Of a stretch of DNA of 29,956 nucleotides, positions 26,365 to 29,956 are shown one piece after another. The DNA is taken from IMG/VR virus record IMGVR_UViG_3300006193_000035, positions 1 to 29,956 of that record; one strand, given 5' to 3'. The stretch comes from a virus (lineage: Duplodnaviria; Caudoviricetes). Both the position numbers and the translations under genes were made by a program. Positions within the stretch are counted from its first letter, which is position 1. Each line of letters begins with the position of its first letter. The notes beneath the pieces were generated by a model. The model was not told the DNA's origin. It searched no databases and saw only the letters and a list, made by a program, of their open reading frames with translations.

Positions 26365-26391
26365 TATATTAAATTTGATTTGATTATATTA

Positions 26392-26850
26392 TTACTTATT
26401 ATTACTTATATTTTTCCATTTTTCTGCTCCCCTTGAACCAAAGTAAGCAATGTAAACTGTTGTAAGCAAAGTCTGCAGTAGATTTACCCATCCATTACTA
26501 ACTGTGAAAGGCGCATTCTCAACACTGTCAACCCAAATAAGAGCAACAGCCATAACTGTTAAAAAAACCAATGATAGCGGGCGGGTGTTTTTGCTGAGCC
26601 AAGAATCAGATTTCATATCTGAATCCCAACGCTTTGTAACCTCTTGCATTTCAACCATATCCTGCTCTAATAACTTAAGTGCAGTTTCTTTATCTTTAGG
26701 TGGTATAGATTTGTCTTTAGATATTAAATTCTTAACTACACCTAAACCACCTGAGTCAGGTAATATACCACCTATAATCCCTAGTAGTTGAGGTGCTTTG
26801 GTCATTAAAAACTCACCTACTTTAGTTTCGTTAAATTTTTTCTTAGACAT
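26392..26850 (-). CDS. Holin of the 3TM (GTA-holin-like) type (152 aa)
   Basis: RWDSDMKSDSWLSKNTRP followed by two hydrophobic helices and YFGSRGAEK, the signature pattern of this family. Confidence 0.75.
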   Translation of the reverse strand: MSKKKFNETKVGEFLMTKAPQLLGIIGGILPDSGGLGVVKNLISKDKSIPPKDKETALKLLEQDMVEMQEVTKRWDSDMKSDSWLSKNTRPLSLVFLTVMAVALIWVDSVENAPFTVSNGWVNLLQTLLTTVYIAYFGSRGAEKWKNISNNK

Positions 26851-27190
26851 TGTATTTTTTATCTTTATACTTAGTACCAGACTTCATATAAGCTTCAGCC
26901 TCCCAAGGTGAATTATTTGGTGAAGCCATAGCTATCTTCTTGTCTTTCTTAGAGTAAGCTTTACCTTTCCAGTATATGTTTTTGTCATCATAATCTAAGT
27001 CACCACGCCCCATTTGAGCTATGTGTACTTTCTCATGACCTATAACATCGTCATGAAACTTAGGATCAAGTTTACTATTAACAAGTATAGTACCATTTTT
27101 ATTAGCTTGACCTAAAACGCCTTTACCTAAGTCAGCTTGATAAACTGGTAGGTCTTCTTTGTATGGAGGATTACTTAGTTTAAAAGGCAT
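26843..27190 (-). CDS. Small zincin-like metallopeptidase (115 aa)
   Basis: GTILVN strand, VIGHEKVHIAQM (HExxH) and downstream PWEAEAY (third ligand). Confidence 0.75.
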   Translation of the reverse strand: MPFKLSNPPYKEDLPVYQADLGKGVLGQANKNGTILVNSKLDPKFHDDVIGHEKVHIAQMGRGDLDYDDKNIYWKGKAYSKKDKKIAMASPNNSPWEAEAYMKSGTKYKDKKYNV

Positions 27191-27191
27191 A

Positions 27192-27608
27192 TTATTTACC
27201 TGATGCTCTATTATCTATAGGCATATACTTCAAGTCAGCTTTCATTTTAGGTCCACCCATGTGTTTAGACACTTGACATCCTGACTTCATGTTAACACCG
27301 CAACCCATAGAAGTGCCACGCATTGATATACCACTTAACAGATCAGAAAGTTTATCACCACCTTTATCAATTGAATCTGAGAAAGATTGAGCAGCAGTAC
27401 CAATTGCCTTGCCAGCTTTGTTTTTCTTTTTCTTTTTCTCACTAACCTTATCCATAGCCATCTTGGCCGCCATTACTTCTGGTGTCATTTTTGGACCATC
27501 GTACTTCTTAACGTTATGCTGAGCATTATCTGCATAATTTTTTCTAGCGCTTTTCGTTAGACTAGGATTACTTGCTTCTTTAATGTCGTACTTTTCTGCT
27601 TTGTTCAT
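27192..27608 (-). CDS. Basic low-complexity hypothetical protein (138 aa)
   Basis: Lys/Met/Gly-rich; GPKM occurs twice; contains a poly-Lys run. Confidence 0.7.
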   Translation of the reverse strand: MNKAEKYDIKEASNPSLTKSARKNYADNAQHNVKKYDGPKMTPEVMAAKMAMDKVSEKKKKKNKAGKAIGTAAQSFSDSIDKGGDKLSDLLSGISMRGTSMGCGVNMKSGCQVSKHMGGPKMKADLKYMPIDNRASGK

Positions 27609-27628
27609 GTTTTTTATTTATTTATTTA

Positions 27629-27943
27629 TTAGCAATTCCATTTTCTTCGGGCAGCCAATCCTCTTTCTGATTTCCAGCCTTTAGATCTCGCGCAAAATGA
27701 CTTACGCCTTTTCCAGTCTTTACTACCTTTTTTTAACTTTGAAACAACTGTAGTTACAGCTGTTTTTAATTTGCCACCTGTTTTTTTATTATAAGCAGCT
27801 ACACCTTTAGCTGTCATTCCACCACCAGCATTTTTTCCAGTACCACCACCTTTTTTAACAGGTGCAAAGTTACCAGACTTCTTATTTCTTGGTGGAGAAT
27901 ATGATTTAGCTAGTAATGGGCTAGATGGCTGTATATAAGGCAT
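27629..27943 (-). CDS. Small highly basic phage protein (DUF6321-like; 104 aa)
   Basis: GGMTAKGVAAY...LKTAVT...RRKSFCARS...ARRKWNC is a pattern common in marine phages. The family name is from memory and tentative. Confidence 0.65.
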   Translation of the reverse strand: MPYIQPSSPLLAKSYSPPRNKKSGNFAPVKKGGGTGKNAGGGMTAKGVAAYNKKTGGKLKTAVTTVVSKLKKGSKDWKRRKSFCARSKGWKSERGLAARRKWNC

Positions 27944-28410
27944 TATATTATAGAGTATTTAGTTTTACCATTTTCTTTGTAAGCTCTAAGGCATTGACCT
28001 CTGTTTTCTTCTTCAGAAACATATGATACATGAATCCAGTTAGGATTATCCTCGTTACCGAACTCCCATATCATTTGATCAAAGCTTAAATTAGTTTTTA
28101 TATAAGCGTACATCTCAGCGTTCGTCTTATGACCATACGAATCATCTAAGTCGAATGCTTCACCTTTACAATGTTGGGAAGTAGAACTTCCACCAATCTT
28201 CTTATTTAATTCAGCGCTTCTAAAAAAGCTATTGATCCTAATAGGACCACATACGTGATCTCTAAGAGGTTCAAATATATTTTCTGACAAAGTACACATA
28301 GCTAACCGTTCTGTGTCGTTAGGATCATTCTTAATGCCTAATCTTACGGCTGTTGAGCTTCTCGTGCCCTCTTTGTAAGATATATGTTTGCTTATGTTTT
28401 CCATATACAC
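27943..28410 (-). CDS. Peptidase M15A-family endolysin (155 aa; start may be the ATG at 28404)
   Basis: INSFFRSAELNKKIGGSSTSQHCKGEAFD (SxHxxGxAxD) and WIHVSY Zn-binding motifs. Confidence 0.88.
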   Translation of the reverse strand: MYMENISKHISYKEGTRSSTAVRLGIKNDPNDTERLAMCTLSENIFEPLRDHVCGPIRINSFFRSAELNKKIGGSSTSQHCKGEAFDLDDSYGHKTNAEMYAYIKTNLSFDQMIWEFGNEDNPNWIHVSYVSEEENRGQCLRAYKENGKTKYSII

Positions 28411-28631
28411 TAATTCATACCCTCACCGTCTAAGCCTTTGGCTTTTTCAGTTATAGGTCCAGCTTTATACATTGGCATATTTTTAGCTAATAGCTGAATG
28501 CCTTTGCACCCTCTACTAGATCCATATCCTCTTGGTTGGTTATCCATATTTAATGGTCCATCCCAAATAGCATTAGAACCTTGAGCTGAAGAGTATGTTC
28601 TTTTTGTTTTAACCATGTTTTTACTTTTCAT
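28410..28631 (-). CDS. Hypothetical protein (73 aa)
   Basis: Tightly packed ORF containing GSNAIWDGP; function unknown. Confidence 0.65.
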   Translation of the reverse strand: MKSKNMVKTKRTYSSAQGSNAIWDGPLNMDNQPRGYGSSRGCKGIQLLAKNMPMYKAGPITEKAKGLDGEGMN

Positions 28632-28634
28632 AAT

Positions 28635-28886
28635 CTATTGTTTTACGCCTCTAGCCTTTTTGCCACCATACATCATAAGTGCAGCATTTCTAGTAGAAGG
28701 ATTAAAGTTTAAGTCATTTGGATTAGTAGTCTCTACTGTACCAGTTGGATCCGCTGGGTTTCTAGCTATTGGACCAGTTGGTCCTACAGCATTATTAGTC
28801 TGTGCTGGAGTAGCAGCTTGCGCTATTGGCATACCAGTTAATGGATCCACTGCAGCTGTACCTAATTGATTTATCATGTTTTTCAT
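28635..28886 (-). CDS. Hypothetical Pro/Thr/Ala/Asn-rich protein (83 aa)
   Basis: Tightly packed ORF, probably disordered. Confidence 0.65.
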   Translation of the reverse strand: MKNMINQLGTAAVDPLTGMPIAQAATPAQTNNAVGPTGPIARNPADPTGTVETTNPNDLNFNPSTRNAALMMYGGKKARGVKQ

Positions 28887-28888
28887 AT

Positions 28889-29908
28889 TTATTTATACTT
28901 ACTCATGTTAAAATTTTCTGATTTTACCTTGGCTATAGCTGCCGTATTTCTTGCCTGTTTATCCTCGTGTGCCTTCTGTTTTCCTTTGAAATTTTTTTTA
29001 GGCCTCGCAGCAAGAATTTGAGCAGCGGTCGGTTTTTGTACATCTTTGTCAGGATGATGCTTCATGTTTGGGTGTTCAGGATTTAATGGATACTTATTAA
29101 GCCCTTCTTTTCTTGCCTTGTTTATTCTTGCATTTTCCTTAGCCTCGAATGCCTCCTGTTTTCCTTCGTGGATAGAAGCAGGTTTAGAACTTTTTCCAGA
29201 ACCTCCAGAACTTTTAGAGCTAGTCTTTGCTTTAATTGGAACCTTTGTAAATCTTGTTGGAGGTGCTTGGCTTTTTGTTTTCTTAATACTAGTGCTAACT
29301 GCAGGAGTTATTAAACTTTTACCATTTCCTTTAGGTGTAGCTTTAGGTGTAGTTTTAGGTGTAGCTGCAATACCTAATTTGCCTTCTAATTTAGCTATCT
29401 TTTTATCTTGTCTGTTTCCTTTCTTTTCAGCTCTACCTAATTTACGCCCTTCCTTTAATTGAGACTTAAGATCTTTTATCTTAGCCCTCTTAGGATCAGC
29501 TGCTATCTTAGCTGCTCTTTTTTCTTTAAACTTAGATATACCTTCTTTAGCTCCTGACAGTATGTTCTGCGCAGTAGCTATACCGAGACTAGAGAAAGAT
29601 CCGTCAGCTGCAATGGCTTTATTACCACGATTACGTGCTTTTTCAAAACCATCTTTTTTAGATTGTAAAGCCCTCACTGGGGCGGTGTAGTCACTACTAG
29701 CATTCATTTTATTAGACAATTCTTCTTGAAAGTTCATACTTCCATCAAGAGTAGCTTGCTGCTTGTTTTCGGTAATTTTAGGCACTTCAATTCGTTCTCT
29801 TCCAAGTTGTCTTTGTAGTTCGTCTGCACCAAGACTTGTGCCTTTGCTTTTGCCGGTTTCAACACCACCGGTGCCAAAAATGTTTATTCCATTTTGTTTG
29901 TATGCCAT
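28889..29908 (-). CDS. Highly basic, Lys-rich low-complexity protein (339 aa), possibly DNA-condensing or a virion core protein
   Basis: Very Lys/Ala-rich with a short tandem ATPK-TTPK-ATPK; function inferred from composition only. Confidence 0.7.
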   Translation of the reverse strand: MAYKQNGINIFGTGGVETGKSKGTSLGADELQRQLGRERIEVPKITENKQQATLDGSMNFQEELSNKMNASSDYTAPVRALQSKKDGFEKARNRGNKAIAADGSFSSLGIATAQNILSGAKEGISKFKEKRAAKIAADPKRAKIKDLKSQLKEGRKLGRAEKKGNRQDKKIAKLEGKLGIAATPKTTPKATPKGNGKSLITPAVSTSIKKTKSQAPPTRFTKVPIKAKTSSKSSGGSGKSSKPASIHEGKQEAFEAKENARINKARKEGLNKYPLNPEHPNMKHHPDKDVQKPTAAQILAARPKKNFKGKQKAHEDKQARNTAAIAKVKSENFNMSKYK

Positions 29909-29909
29909 T

Positions 29910-29956
29910 TTATGTTAATTTATCTTTGTTTATGTATTTAATAGATTGTGTTAGTA
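29910..29956 (-). CDS. Possible 3' end of an upstream gene (...LTQSIKYINKDKLT*)
   Basis: Open frame from the window edge to TAA at 29912..29910, 1 nt before the next ATG. Too short to be sure. Confidence 0.3.
   Translation of the reverse strand, partial: LTQSIKYINKDKLT

Larger units (their letters stand above)
1..29956 (-). mobile_element. Segment of a tailed bacteriophage genome (lysis, packaging, head, short tail and ejection module); probable Bacteroidota-infecting podovirus-like phage
   Basis: Co-oriented, tightly packed genes in the order terminase, portal, scaffold, capsid, ring proteins, stabilization protein, giant internal protein. No tape-measure, sheath, integrase or bacterial housekeeping gene is visible. 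Leaders are A/T-rich and lack SD motifs. Confidence 0.93.

Noticed and set aside
29329-29366. Short tandem repeat (TTTAGGTGTAG-like x3) as a CRISPR or regulatory repeat
   Set aside because: It is a 12-nt coding repeat for ATPK/TTPK/ATPK in a low-complexity protein, with no spacers.
1435-29462. All plus-strand ORFs in the track (61-132 aa)
   Set aside because: Each lies antisense to a longer, motif-bearing minus-strand gene and has the Ser/Leu/Phe-rich composition typical of shadow ORFs.
1-29956. Stop-codon reassignment as in some crAss-like phages
   Set aside because: Long genes are uninterrupted in code 11, and TAG/TGA serve as real stops at tight gene junctions (for example TAG at 24993..24991 and TGA at 25815..25813).
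1-29956. tRNA, rRNA, CRISPR array, integrase, intron/intein or DGR elements
   Set aside because: Intergenic gaps are at most about 125 nt with no cloverleaf or repeat-spacer pattern, and no reverse transcriptase, recombinase or intein motifs were recognised by eye.

Overview
The window is part of an AT-rich dsDNA tailed-phage genome. All credible genes are on the minus strand and use the standard genetic code. Read in the direction of transcription (right to left), the order is: a cluster of small basic proteins; an M15 endolysin; a small HExxH metallopeptidase; a 3TM-type holin; a GroES-like protein; putative terminase small and large subunits; portal; scaffold; major capsid; two ring/adaptor proteins; a tail stabilization ('muzzle'-type) protein; and internal virion (ejection) proteins. 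This layout, plus A/T-rich leaders with no Shine-Dalgarno sequence, suggests a podovirus-like phage of Bacteroidota (crAss-like or marine Flavobacteriaceae-phage-like); this is an inference. The ORF track misses the most interesting gene, a >2,438-codon ORF (7316 to <1) that runs off the window edge. Manual translation shows a polyvalent protein with an HEILH zincin motif, a sigma70 region-2-like segment, an NPWC-motif domain and an ART-PolyVal-like ADP-ribosyltransferase fold with non-canonical active-site residues. Its modules are delimited by four I-Q-(F/L)-S motifs, consistent with an injected, possibly self-processing host-takeover polyprotein. A 29-aa membrane micropeptide gene (25813..25902) is also absent from the track. 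All family assignments come from motif recognition by eye, not database searches.
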